Under the pieces are notes generated by a model. That model was not told where the DNA came from, did no database searches, and saw only the letters and a list, made by a program, of their open reading frames with translations. The position numbers and the translations under genes were made by a program. From Thermoproteota archaeon (GTDB lineage: Archaea > Thermoproteota > EX4484-205 > JAAOZP01), in assembly GCA_038848185.1 (NCBI GenBank), contig JAWCNV010000005.1, forward strand, positions 18,983-82,982: a stretch of DNA of 64,000 nucleotides. The letters run 5' to 3'. Position 1 is the first letter of the stretch, and each line of letters begins with the position of its first letter. Shown piece by piece: positions 28,255-37,602 of this stretch.

Positions 28255-29061
28255 CTATGCTAGAGCAAGACCCTCCTTCTTAGCCTTTCTCTCCAGATAG
28301 AATATTGAAGTCTTCGCTAGTAGACCAAAGCCTAGTATGAAGACGAGCAGCATTCCAAGCTCCACCTCCACTGGCCACACAGTACTGGTTCCCATTATGA
28401 AGTGGCGTGAAAGATCTATCCCGTGGGTTAGAGGTATTAGGAATGCAAGAATCTTTAATGGGTCAGGCATAAACTGGAGGGGGACGAACATTCCCGTGGC
28501 TACTTGAAAGAGAAAATTGAAGATGGACATCACTGCTGAAACATCTTTGAAAAGTAGTATTGCACTGGACATTATCACGCCCATTTGACATAGGGCAAGG
28601 AAGGTTAGAAACAGCGTGACGCAGGTCATCAAGAACGCGGGTAGGGAGGGAAAGCTGCCTAGGAGAATGAAAGCCGTTGCAAACATCGGTATTATGCCGA
28701 ATAATGTTCCAACAACGGCTTGGGAGATGGATGAGGAAAGCATGTAGACGTATCTTGAGACCGGTGACGCGAAGGTGTATTCAATTTGCCCTCTAGTTAA
28801 CTCATCCTTTATTTCCCAGGCTCCCCAGGTTGCAGCACCCTGATAGTTTTGGAAAGCAACTCCGATTAGGAGAAATACGGCGTAATTCGAGCTTCCAATC
28901 GAGCCGAATTTTGCAGGGTCTATGACAAATCCGAATATCATGAGGCCGAGCCCCCATATGAAACTCATTATAAACTCTACTGTGAAATTCAGCTTATAGC
29001 GCGTTATCTCCCTTATTCTTCTCCAGACTGTCATTCTAATCATTGCTATTATACTGCTCAT
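28255..29061 (-). CDS. ABC-2 type permease
   Basis: About six TMs; E...G.IEYTFASP, GMFVPLQFMP and PLTHGIDLSR. Confidence 0.88.
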   Translation of the reverse strand: MSSIIAMIRMTVWRRIREITRYKLNFTVEFIMSFIWGLGLMIFGFVIDPAKFGSIGSSNYAVFLLIGVAFQNYQGAATWGAWEIKDELTRGQIEYTFASPVSRYVYMLSSSISQAVVGTLFGIIPMFATAFILLGSFPSLPAFLMTCVTLFLTFLALCQMGVIMSSAILLFKDVSAVMSIFNFLFQVATGMFVPLQFMPDPLKILAFLIPLTHGIDLSRHFIMGTSTVWPVEVELGMLLVFILGFGLLAKTSIFYLERKAKKEGLALA

Positions 29062-30064
29062 CTTACCTCACCCTCAACCATTATCCTAAAGGCTTCTTCA
29101 AGCGTTAAGTTCTCTATCCTTATTCCGGGCCTATGCCCATTGTTTTTCAGGAGAGTCAGCACAACTGGTAAGGTCTCATAAGCATCTTTACAGTAAATTC
29201 TTAAATCAGAATCCTCCTGTTGAATATTGATAACTCCCTTAACACAAGCCAATTGCCTCCTGACCTCCTCACGAATATTGTTCCCGTTTATTTGAATTAC
29301 CTCGGTTCTAGTGACGGATTCCCTCATTTTCTCCGGAGTCCCGTCGAACATAATCTTACCCTTATTCATCATGATTACCCTGTCGCCTATCTCCTCAGCT
29401 TCCCTCATGTTGTGCGTAGTGACAACTATGGCGGCCTTTCTCTCCTGTGCGTAATCCTTCAAGTATTTTCTAATTTTGGAAGCAGTAAGGGGATCTAGGG
29501 ATTTAGACGGCTCATCCATGAACACGATTCTTGGTTGGGTGATTAAAGACCTCATTATTACGAACGTCTGCTTCTGGCCTCCCGACAGCGCAATGAAATA
29601 TTGGTCTAAGCAATCTTTAAAATCGAATTCCCTAGCCATTTCTTCAATCCTTTCATTAGCTTCAGACTTACTCAACCCGTGGAAAGCAGTGGCGAAGAAG
29701 ATGAGGTTCTCCCTCGCGGTCAACCTGAAGAACGCAGATCTCTCACTATCTTGGCCTGCGTAGCCAATTATTCTCCTAACCTTATCGGCCTGAGAAAAAA
29801 CGTCGTAGCCCGCTACCTTTGCCTGTCCCTCGTCAGGAAGCAGGAGTGTACTCAATATCTTAACCAAAGTAGTTTTGCCGGCTCCGTTAGGTCCTAGAAG
29901 ACAGACTATTTCACCTTAACGCTGAAGCTGACGCCTTGAAGTGCAACCGTCTGTTTACCTCCAGACCTATACGTCTTGCGAAGACCCGCAGCCTGAACCA
30001 AGTTTTCCTGAGCGAGAGGTTCCGTAGCAACCGCTTCCATCGCAACAGTCGTTTTAATACTCAT
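29058..30064 (-). pseudogene. ABC ATPase frameshifted at 29913-29915
   Basis: ATG 30064 (TATA and GGTGA upstream) gives ...LRKTYRSGGKQTVALQGVSFSVK then a stop. The other frame continues EIVCLLGPNGAGKTTLVK (Walker A), LSGGQKQ and DEP. The track ORF 29058..29867 is only the distal part. Confidence 0.85.
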
Positions 30065-30561
30065 GTTTCATCACCAGACCGGAGCATCATTTTTAAAAAT
30101 GGCTCACGAAATGTAAATTTTGAATGTAATCGTCTGAAGATAGTTAACCCCTGCATTCCAAAGTTGTTTCCAGCCATTTTCAAGCAACGCTGCACTCTAA
30201 ATGCTTTTAAGAATTTTGCAACTTTTTACTCAAGTATCTGCTCACCTAAAAGTTTATGAAAACCAACACTTGCAAATGACTTGAATCTAAAAAATATTTC
30301 TCTCTTCTATGAATTTTAACTCCCAGTCCTTTTTGACCAACATGAACAGTCCTCCAAATTGATAAAAAGAGACAATACTCATGTGCATCCTGCAAGACCT
30401 ATTGGATCCCCGTCTGTGGCACTACTTTAAATTCGTATTTAATGGACCGTTTTCGATTAATCTTAGAGCTGCACATATAGGATGATGCCTACTGCTCGCG
30501 TTGCCAGACTTCCTCTAAACCAACTACTAGTCGTTTTCCTACTCGTACCATCATATTGTGG

Positions 30562-32829
30562 TTATTTTTTCTTCGCAGTCTCTACCAGATTCTGGATGGT
30601 TTCGAGCGGTGGTGATTTATCCTTTAACACTTTTCTCAGTTTTTCATGTAATTCCTTTGGATCTGATTGCGCAAGTTTCTCCCTTGAATCAACCCCCATT
30701 TTAACAAGTAATGCTGCCACAAATGCGGCCACCTCGCCACTAAGACCCTCGATCCCGGACAGGTTACTCTTGAGCATCAATATCGACGCATCTAACAGTT
30801 TAGAGGCTTCTTCTTGAGAAAAACCGAGTTCAGTTAACTGCTCCGGAGACAAAGAAGCCTTTTCGGCAAGCGTTGGTCCAACTGCCTCTTCTGCTTTAAC
30901 CCCTCCGACTTCACCCTCAACCTTGATTTCAGGCGGCTTTTGGGCTTCAATCTTTCCGACTCCAGGCTCTTCGCCTGTTATCTGCGGGGGCTTTTCACTT
31001 ACAACCTGCGGGGGCTCTTCGCCTGCAATCTCTGGAGGCTTTTGGGCTTCAATCTTTCCAACTTCAGAAGCTTTAAACTTTTGAGGTTTTTTGACCTCCA
31101 TCTTTCCAACTTCAGCTTTAATCTTTTCAGGCTTTTTGGCTTTAATCTTCTCAAACTCCTTAGCTTTAAACTTTCCAGGCTCATCGACATCCATCTCATA
31201 AGTTGGAGGCTCTTCAGCCACTATCTCTGGAGGCTCTTCAACTTCAGCTTCATAAGTTGGAGGCTCTTCAGCCACTATCTCTGGAGGCTCTTCAACTTCA
31301 GCTTCATAAGTTGGAGGCTCTTCAGCCACTATCTTCCCAAACTCCTTAGCTTTAAGCTTTCCAATTTCAGCGGTCTCCATCTCTAACGTACCTTTAGTAG
31401 GTGTAGTTGGTGGTGGTTTGCGCACGATGTTGTTAAATAGGTGCGCACGCGCTAGTAGGAAGGCTACTATAAAGCCTGTTAACAGGCCACCGATTAGTGT
31501 AGCCATGCTCGTAATCATGGAACGTGACTCTGCTTCGGAGAGCTTAGACTTTGCTTCAGCCAACTCGGATTCTAGGCTTGAAATCTCACCATGTGCATTC
31601 ATCAAATCCGTTTGTAGATCATCGACCTGCTCCTGAAGAGCCTTCAACTTGTTCAACGCGTTAACGATATCGTCAGGGCTTAAAGCCTCTTCCATTACAA
31701 GCACTTCAGAAGATGTTGCTGAGGCAGGCATAAACTCCTGATCCCCTGCCCACTCAGCCTTAAACCTGTACTTCCCAGTCTCGCCCGGTGTGAACGGGCA
31801 GGCTACAACGCCCTCCGAGCCGGTGTTAAAGGTACCGAGGTTATTCCACACCGCAGTCTTATTCTTGATAAACGAGAGAACCAGGGGTCTGTCAACTAGG
31901 GGTGGAGAAGTACTGACGTAGATTATGATTTTGCCTCCTACGTTAGTCAGCAGGGGGGCTGCCAGTATCTGGAGTGAGACGGGTGTTCTCACTGTCAGCG
32001 TCACAGTGTTGCTTGAACAACCGTAGTACTCTGCGTTACCCAACCAGGATGCTCTGATGCTCCATGTGCCTGACATGTCAGGCTTGAAGGAATCTTTGAA
32101 CTCTCCCTGGGATGTTGAAATGCTTTTCAAAACCTCGGTTCCGTTTGGACACGTTATCCTTAGGCTGACTGCAACGTTTAAGGCTGGAGTCAGTGTGCCA
32201 TTTATCATTACGCTCTCACCCAATGTGATCGAAGTCTCATTCACGCTTATGGCCATCGAAGAATTCTTTTTACCTGGCGTAGGTGGAGGAGGCAGAGAAA
32301 CGACTTTAAAAGTTGTTGTGCGAGGACCAGCGTAAACCGTGTAAGTACCGTAAGTGGCAGTAGAGGAAAGCTGGAAGCTGGAAGAAAAGCTGCCGTCTCC
32401 GCCTGCTTTAACAGTGGTCGTAAATACTTGTACACCATTCGGATCATTAACCTGGATCCTAACCCATTCGCCTGAAGACGCTTTCCCACTTATGACCACT
32501 GTTTCACCCCTAAGGTACTCAGACTTGTTTGTCGATAAGGAGGTTACTGCAGGAAGTACAAGGCCCGTTTGAAGAGATAACAGAACTAGTGTTAAAAGTA
32601 GGTATGCACACAGCCTGAACCTGCTTCTCCTCTTCCTCTTTGACTTCACCAACCTATCTTCCTCTAATCGTCGGAGATACTTTTCACCAAGCTCGTCCCT
32701 TGTCTTCGCGCCGATAAGCTGGAAAGGCATACCGTCTGGAGAGGCTTTTACCTTGAAAACTGGAAGAACAAGCATCAACAACACTTTTAAACACAACGTC
32801 ATGGAGGCGGTACGATCACTACCTCTCAT
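30562..32829 (-). CDS. Membrane-anchored protein: Ig-like ectodomain, coiled coil, TM, Glu/Pro/Lys repeats, DUF4332-like HhH domain
   Basis: Beta-sandwich repeats with NxS/T sequons; heptads LNKLKALQEQVDDLQ; TM then RKPPP; C-terminal LSGIEGL...LLVKMGVDSREKLAQSDP...PPLETIQNLVETAK. Confidence 0.8.
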   Translation of the reverse strand: MRGSDRTASMTLCLKVLLMLVLPVFKVKASPDGMPFQLIGAKTRDELGEKYLRRLEEDRLVKSKRKRRSRFRLCAYLLLTLVLLSLQTGLVLPAVTSLSTNKSEYLRGETVVISGKASSGEWVRIQVNDPNGVQVFTTTVKAGGDGSFSSSFQLSSTATYGTYTVYAGPRTTTFKVVSLPPPPTPGKKNSSMAISVNETSITLGESVMINGTLTPALNVAVSLRITCPNGTEVLKSISTSQGEFKDSFKPDMSGTWSIRASWLGNAEYYGCSSNTVTLTVRTPVSLQILAAPLLTNVGGKIIIYVSTSPPLVDRPLVLSFIKNKTAVWNNLGTFNTGSEGVVACPFTPGETGKYRFKAEWAGDQEFMPASATSSEVLVMEEALSPDDIVNALNKLKALQEQVDDLQTDLMNAHGEISSLESELAEAKSKLSEAESRSMITSMATLIGGLLTGFIVAFLLARAHLFNNIVRKPPPTTPTKGTLEMETAEIGKLKAKEFGKIVAEEPPTYEAEVEEPPEIVAEEPPTYEAEVEEPPEIVAEEPPTYEMDVDEPGKFKAKEFEKIKAKKPEKIKAEVGKMEVKKPQKFKASEVGKIEAQKPPEIAGEEPPQVVSEKPPQITGEEPGVGKIEAQKPPEIKVEGEVGGVKAEEAVGPTLAEKASLSPEQLTELGFSQEEASKLLDASILMLKSNLSGIEGLSGEVAAFVAALLVKMGVDSREKLAQSDPKELHEKLRKVLKDKSPPLETIQNLVETAKKK
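31196..31334. repeat. Perfect 54-bp coding tandem repeat, about 2.6 copies (EEPPTYEAEVEEPPEIVA)
   Basis: Exact 54-nt periodicity checked base by base; further degenerate repeats (GKIEAQKPPEI x2, KxKAKEF x2) flank it. Confidence 0.95.
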
Positions 32830-33001
32830 TCTTTAAAAGTGAGGATTGCAATATTTAAACTTACTGTGCACCAGGATGGTTGATTTTCCGCCTCCAGAAA
32901 ACTCTTCAAATAAAGAAACTCACCTTCCTCAGCCGTGAGGTTCAGCCCCCCGAAGAGCTTCTAGAAGCTTGCCTTGCAATAGGTTTTTCGAGGTTTAATC
33001 T

Positions 33002-33961
33002 CTACTTGGACAGATATCTCCAAGAAAGCACTATACCTACAGAGGAAAGCACTATTGCGAAACCACCCAAGTATATAAAATCGGTTATAAGCTTGGAAAA
33101 GTCTAAAGATAGAATTGTCAACTGTCTCAAAGCATCTGTTAAATAGCTTAATGGATTTACTTGTGCTACTAGCTGCAACCAATCGGGCATTAGAGAGATC
33201 GGGAAGAAAGTGTTGCTCGCAAACATCATAGGCATAGTGATCAGGCTTATGATTTGCATCGGTCTCTCCAACCTAGTTGACCTCAGGGAGAAAGCCAAGA
33301 ACACTGATGAGAGCCCTACGCTAAGTAGGAAAACTGCAGCATAAATGCCAAGTATGTTAAGCAGGGTAAATGTTGAGCTTACCTGTAATCCGAATATGGT
33401 TGCGAGAGCAAGGATTATCGTAGCCTGAAGCATCGCTCTCAAGGTCGCGTTAAGAACCTTTGAGAAGATTATTGCTCCACGCGGCACAGGTGTACTCAAA
33501 ACTTTATCCAAGAAGCCTAGGCGCCTATCCCAAACTATCGACATTCCGCTGAACATTGTCGTGGTCATAACTATCATAGAGATCATGCCGATAGCCATGT
33601 AGCTGAAGTAATCGGTGACTCCGAAAACGCTCCCCATAACGTTTGCACCAATATCGGAAAACATCTGTTGAATCATCTGGGAAACCAGTGTACCGCTAAT
33701 ATATACGACTCCATTAGCTGGGGGGATAATGTAATTTCCCGGTATCGGAATCTTCTCTGGAACCGGTATATTGCTCAAGTTGCTGGCTGAGAACATTGCA
33801 CCTATGTTCATGGATTTCCCTAGAAGCCCCATCCATATCAAAGGTTGGATTACAAGCATCAGGAGCATTACTGGGTCTTTCAGCCATTTTTTCAGTTCCC
33901 TGACTGTCAAAGCCCATAGGCCTATGAGAAGACTCGGATGATACTCGTTTGCTTTACTCAT
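33002..33961 (-). CDS. ABC-2 permease (DrrB-like) with loop insertion
   Basis: RELKKW, WDRRLGFLDKVLSTP, SNTFFP and NPLSY. Confidence 0.9.
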   Translation of the reverse strand: MSKANEYHPSLLIGLWALTVRELKKWLKDPVMLLMLVIQPLIWMGLLGKSMNIGAMFSASNLSNIPVPEKIPIPGNYIIPPANGVVYISGTLVSQMIQQMFSDIGANVMGSVFGVTDYFSYMAIGMISMIVMTTTMFSGMSIVWDRRLGFLDKVLSTPVPRGAIIFSKVLNATLRAMLQATIILALATIFGLQVSSTFTLLNILGIYAAVFLLSVGLSSVFLAFSLRSTRLERPMQIISLITMPMMFASNTFFPISLMPDWLQLVAQVNPLSYLTDALRQLTILSLDFSKLITDFIYLGGFAIVLSSVGIVLSWRYLSK

Positions 33962-34962
33962 CTCGCTCTAGCCCTCCATAAGGTTATTCTCTGTGCTCGA
34001 AACGCTTCTTTAGATTCCTCTGCATCACGCATAGACCTACCGGTGTATTCAAGATAAACCTCGTTTAAAGTCGGTTTTGTTAGTGAAAGCCTGGTTACGG
34101 TGTAGCCTCCCTTCCGCAGAGCCTCGATTATCAGGGGAGCTGTAACTTCCCCAGACTCCGCCTTGATCCGGTATGAGCCATTCTCGCTTCTTACTTCCTT
34201 CACGTTTTCGACACTCTGAATTAAACTAGTAATGTCAGTATTCTCCCTTATGCTTATCGTTATGACATCTCCGCCTAAACTTTGCTTCAATTCTTCAGGC
34301 CCCCCAGTCACAACGATTTTTCCATGGTCGATTACTGCTATGCGGTCACACAAGGCATCAGCCTCCTCCAAGTAATGCGTCGTCATGAAAATCGTCATAT
34401 TATACTCATTCTTTAGCTGTTTAATGTAGTCCCATGTTGCAGTCCTTGTTTGAACATCTAAACCTAGGGTTGGCTCGTCTAGGAAAAGAACTTTAGGTCT
34501 GTTCACTAAGCCGCACGCGAGTTCAAGCCTCCGCCTCATCCCTCCAGAATAGGTTTCAACTTTTTTATCTTTGAAATCAGTGAGTTCTACAAGGTCTAGT
34601 AGTTCAACGGCTCTCTTCTTCGCGGTTTCGCGTGGAATGCCATATAGGTCAGCACATAGGATTACGTTCTCATAACCAGTTAGGTCCTCGTCTGCAGTGT
34701 ATTCTTGCGGCACAACGCCTATGACTTTCCTAACCTCCTCAGTCTGCCTTACGATGTCGTGCCCTAAGACGGATGCTGTACCCTCCGTCGGTCTTAAAAC
34801 AGTTATCAACATATTGATCGTTGTTGTCTTGCCAGCTCCATTAGGACCTAGGAACCCGAAGACCTCGCCGTCTTTAACGCTAAAATTCACATGGTCAACT
34901 GCAACAAGACTCTTATTGAAAACCTTCGTTAACCCTTCAGCAACTATAACTTCCTCAGCCAT
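33958..34962 (-). CDS. ABC ATPase (DrrA-like)
   Basis: GPNGAGKTT, YSGGMRRRLE, LDEPT and TTHY. Confidence 0.95.
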   Translation of the reverse strand: MAEEVIVAEGLTKVFNKSLVAVDHVNFSVKDGEVFGFLGPNGAGKTTTINMLITVLRPTEGTASVLGHDIVRQTEEVRKVIGVVPQEYTADEDLTGYENVILCADLYGIPRETAKKRAVELLDLVELTDFKDKKVETYSGGMRRRLELACGLVNRPKVLFLDEPTLGLDVQTRTATWDYIKQLKNEYNMTIFMTTHYLEEADALCDRIAVIDHGKIVVTGGPEELKQSLGGDVITISIRENTDITSLIQSVENVKEVRSENGSYRIKAESGEVTAPLIIEALRKGGYTVTRLSLTKPTLNEVYLEYTGRSMRDAEESKEAFRAQRITLWRARAR

Positions 34963-34970
34963 TGCAACAT

Positions 34971-35507
34971 CTACCTCCTGATTCTCTTATTTACCGCCTC
35001 TATCTTCTCAGCAGCCTCCTCAAATACTCTCCCGACTTCAGCAAGATCCTCCTTAGAAACTTTTTCTCTCGAGATAGTTATGAACTCCCTGAAAGCGAAG
35101 AAAAGCCTACGGATAGGATCATGTAACTCATCAAGCCTGCTTAGCGGGAATTCGCCTACGAAGGGAGGCGGAGGAATGAGAAGTGGAAAGGAAGTCATCT
35201 TCTCAAGAAGCTTTTCCCTGATTTCACCCTTTTCCTCGAGAAGCCTCCTGCCCTTATCGGTTAACTCGTAGCGTTTAACCCCGTTCTCATCCTTCGGAAG
35301 AGCCTTTATGAAGCCCTTCTCCTGTAGCCATGTTAACAGTGGGTAGATGGAGCCTGGGCTTGGCCTCCATGCTCTACGGGTCTCCTCTTCAATCTCATCC
35401 ATAATCTCTGAGCCGGACATGGGTTTCTTGCTTAACATCTCTAAAATCAAGTATCTAAGAAGCCCTTTTGGAGCGTGTGCTGTATGTTTAATCCAGTGCC
35501 TAAACAT
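34971..35507 (-). CDS. PadR-family transcriptional regulator
   Basis: MSGSEIM, WRPSPGSIYPLL and KRYELTDKG; first gene of the padR-ATPase-permease operon. Confidence 0.92.
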   Translation of the reverse strand: MFRHWIKHTAHAPKGLLRYLILEMLSKKPMSGSEIMDEIEEETRRAWRPSPGSIYPLLTWLQEKGFIKALPKDENGVKRYELTDKGRRLLEEKGEIREKLLEKMTSFPLLIPPPPFVGEFPLSRLDELHDPIRRLFFAFREFITISREKVSKEDLAEVGRVFEEAAEKIEAVNKRIRR

Positions 35508-35512
35508 ATCAA

Positions 35513-35526
35513 TGTCGATATCGACA
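35513..35526. promoter_or_regulatory. Perfect 14-bp palindrome TGTCGATATCGACA, candidate PadR operator
   Basis: Lies between the minus-strand TATA-like element (about 35530-35538) and the padR ATG (35507). Confidence 0.65.
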
Positions 35527-35649
35527 GCGATATATAAGCTTTGCTATTCTACAAAATCCGCTTACCAACATTCACAAAAGAAAAAGTTTTTGAAAAAGAC
35601 CCTAAAGTAAGCAATAAACCTTTTATATCTAAAAATCAGAGTAAACAGC

Positions 35650-36600
35650 ATGAAAAGAAAAGTTGCAGTCTTGGTTGAAAAAGGGAGAATAGAACTGGTT
35701 GAAGAAGAAATCCCAAGCTTAGGTAAGGAGGATGTGTTGATCAAGGTTAGGGCTTGCGGCATATGTACTGGCGACCTTTATGGTTTTTCAGGCTACCCAG
35801 TATGGTTTAAATTACCATCCCCATTAGGTCACGAGCCCACGGGAGAGATTGTTGAAGTTGGAGCTAATGTGACTAAGTTTTCCAAGGGTGACCATGTTAC
35901 TGCATTAGGAGGCCCAGGTTTCTCCGACTTTGTGGTAGTGAATGAAAGCTATGTGGAAAAGATACCGGAGAGCATCCCCTTTGAATATGCAATAGGGGAA
36001 CCACTTGCCTGCGCAGTTAACGCTGTAAGACTTGTTCATCCGAAGCTTGGTGATAATGTTGCAGTGGTTGGCACTGGTTTCATGGGGTTGCTTCTCGTTC
36101 AAGCATTAAACCGTCTAGGTTTAAGCAATTTAGTTGGTGTTGACGTGAGTAATGAGAGGCTTAGACTTGCCAGACACTATGGAGCGAATATGGTTTTGAA
36201 TCCGAAGGAGATTGATGTTTTTAAGGAAACCCTTGCTATAACGGAAGGGAAAGGGTTTGACATGGTGATAGAGGCTACGGGGAACCCTACAGGTGTTGGG
36301 TTAGCGACTAGACTGGTAAAACAGAAAGGTAGGCTGGCTATATTCAGCTACCATACGAATCCTGTTGAAGTGGACTTAAGAGAGTGGGATTCAAGAGGGC
36401 TGGAAGTAATAATGACGAGCCCTGCAAGAGCAGACGATATGAGGGAGAATTTGAAAATAGCTGCACAGATGATGACTAGGGGCAATTTTAATCTGGAGAA
36501 GCTTGTTACCCACAAATGGGTTCTCGATGAGATTCAAAAAGCTTTCGAATACGCTTCAAAGAAACCAAGCGACTATATAAAGGGAGTAATAGTTCCCTAA
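35650..36600 (+). CDS. Zn-dependent medium-chain dehydrogenase lacking the structural-Zn lobe
   Basis: ACGIC, GHE and VVGTGFMG; no four-Cys lobe. Confidence 0.88.
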   Translation: MKRKVAVLVEKGRIELVEEEIPSLGKEDVLIKVRACGICTGDLYGFSGYPVWFKLPSPLGHEPTGEIVEVGANVTKFSKGDHVTALGGPGFSDFVVVNESYVEKIPESIPFEYAIGEPLACAVNAVRLVHPKLGDNVAVVGTGFMGLLLVQALNRLGLSNLVGVDVSNERLRLARHYGANMVLNPKEIDVFKETLAITEGKGFDMVIEATGNPTGVGLATRLVKQKGRLAIFSYHTNPVEVDLREWDSRGLEVIMTSPARADDMRENLKIAAQMMTRGNFNLEKLVTHKWVLDEIQKAFEYASKKPSDYIKGVIVP

Positions 36601-36641
36601 ATATGGAATGCAGCATCTAGCAACATCTTGCTTCCGTTAAC

Positions 36642-37532
36642 TCAACCTAATGCTTGAAACTTTCTCCCTTTGACAATTAATTTATGAACTATTCTCTGAT
36701 CTGTCATAGGCTCATCCGGCTTAGCGATTGCAATTACTTCAACATAGTCTTCAAGCGGGCTATCCATTATTTTCTTGCCTAATGTTTCTTGAATCTGGAA
36801 AATACCTGCACTGTTACTCATATTTATCAATATTTGCACCGGCACATCTTTTCCCCGTGTAATCTCAACTTTATCAATGCTTAGAGCAGAAACTGTGTGA
36901 ATATTCACGTTCCCTTTGTCGAAAGCCATTCTTCCACGCCCCTTTGTCATATCCGTTCCGTCAGCTATTCCGATGAGGCATGCTTCTTCAGTCAAGTCTT
37001 TAACTTCAAACTCATGAGAGTAAATGCAGCTCAATATATGAGCTCTAACCTCATACATGACTTCCTGATTCTCATATATTTCAGGAAGAAGCCGGTTCAG
37101 CAACGGAATGGCCAGATATACGCCGGAAACGTGGTGGTTCTCCCGGTGAACCTGGTTCCCAATATCGTGGAGTAGGGCTGCGGTGAGAACTATCAGATAA
37201 ACATCATCCTCGTCACCTGCCTTCTCCTTGATCACGCTGGTTAAAACCCCGTTGTCTAAGAGAAGCTTAAGCATCTTTAAAGCGTTTGCAGCAACGATTT
37301 TAGCATGAACCTCTCCGTGATCATTATACTTTAATTTTGAGACTGCGATGAAGTTCGCCATGTCCCAGTCAGCATTAACCTCCGGATCGTTCTTCAATAG
37401 TTCCCACATTCTTCGTGCCTTAGGCTTTTCTGCTGTTAATTGCATGATGGTTTTTTCAGCTTCTTCCATCATTTCGGAATATGATGTAGGAATTTCAAGC
37501 TCAAACCCTTTTCCAGTAGCGATTCTAGACAT
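36642..37532 (-). CDS. HD-superfamily phosphohydrolase (COG3294-like)
   Basis: YNDHGEVH, LLHDIGNQVHR, SH and ADGTDMTKGR. Confidence 0.85.
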   Translation of the reverse strand: MSRIATGKGFELEIPTSYSEMMEEAEKTIMQLTAEKPKARRMWELLKNDPEVNADWDMANFIAVSKLKYNDHGEVHAKIVAANALKMLKLLLDNGVLTSVIKEKAGDEDDVYLIVLTAALLHDIGNQVHRENHHVSGVYLAIPLLNRLLPEIYENQEVMYEVRAHILSCIYSHEFEVKDLTEEACLIGIADGTDMTKGRGRMAFDKGNVNIHTVSALSIDKVEITRGKDVPVQILINMSNSAGIFQIQETLGKKIMDSPLEDYVEVIAIAKPDEPMTDQRIVHKLIVKGRKFQALG

Positions 37533-37602
37533 ACCCTGTTTTTAATACGGCTGCTTGATATTTAAAGGTTGTGAACTCTATCTCTATTAATAGCAAGCAT
37601 AC

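Noticed and set aside
29936-30259. 107-aa plus-strand ORF
   Set aside because: It overlaps antisense to the true 5' part and promoter of the frameshifted ABC ATPase.
30200-30555. Minus-strand frame interrupted only by TAG codons (pyrrolysine readthrough idea); FGGLFM as an Rpb8-like fragment
   Set aside because: The readthrough product has no recognisable features, TAG is a normal stop elsewhere in the window, and the FGGL match is too short.
31196-31334. Tandem repeat as a possible CRISPR array
   Set aside because: No spacers, in-frame 54-bp units inside a CDS, and no cas genes.
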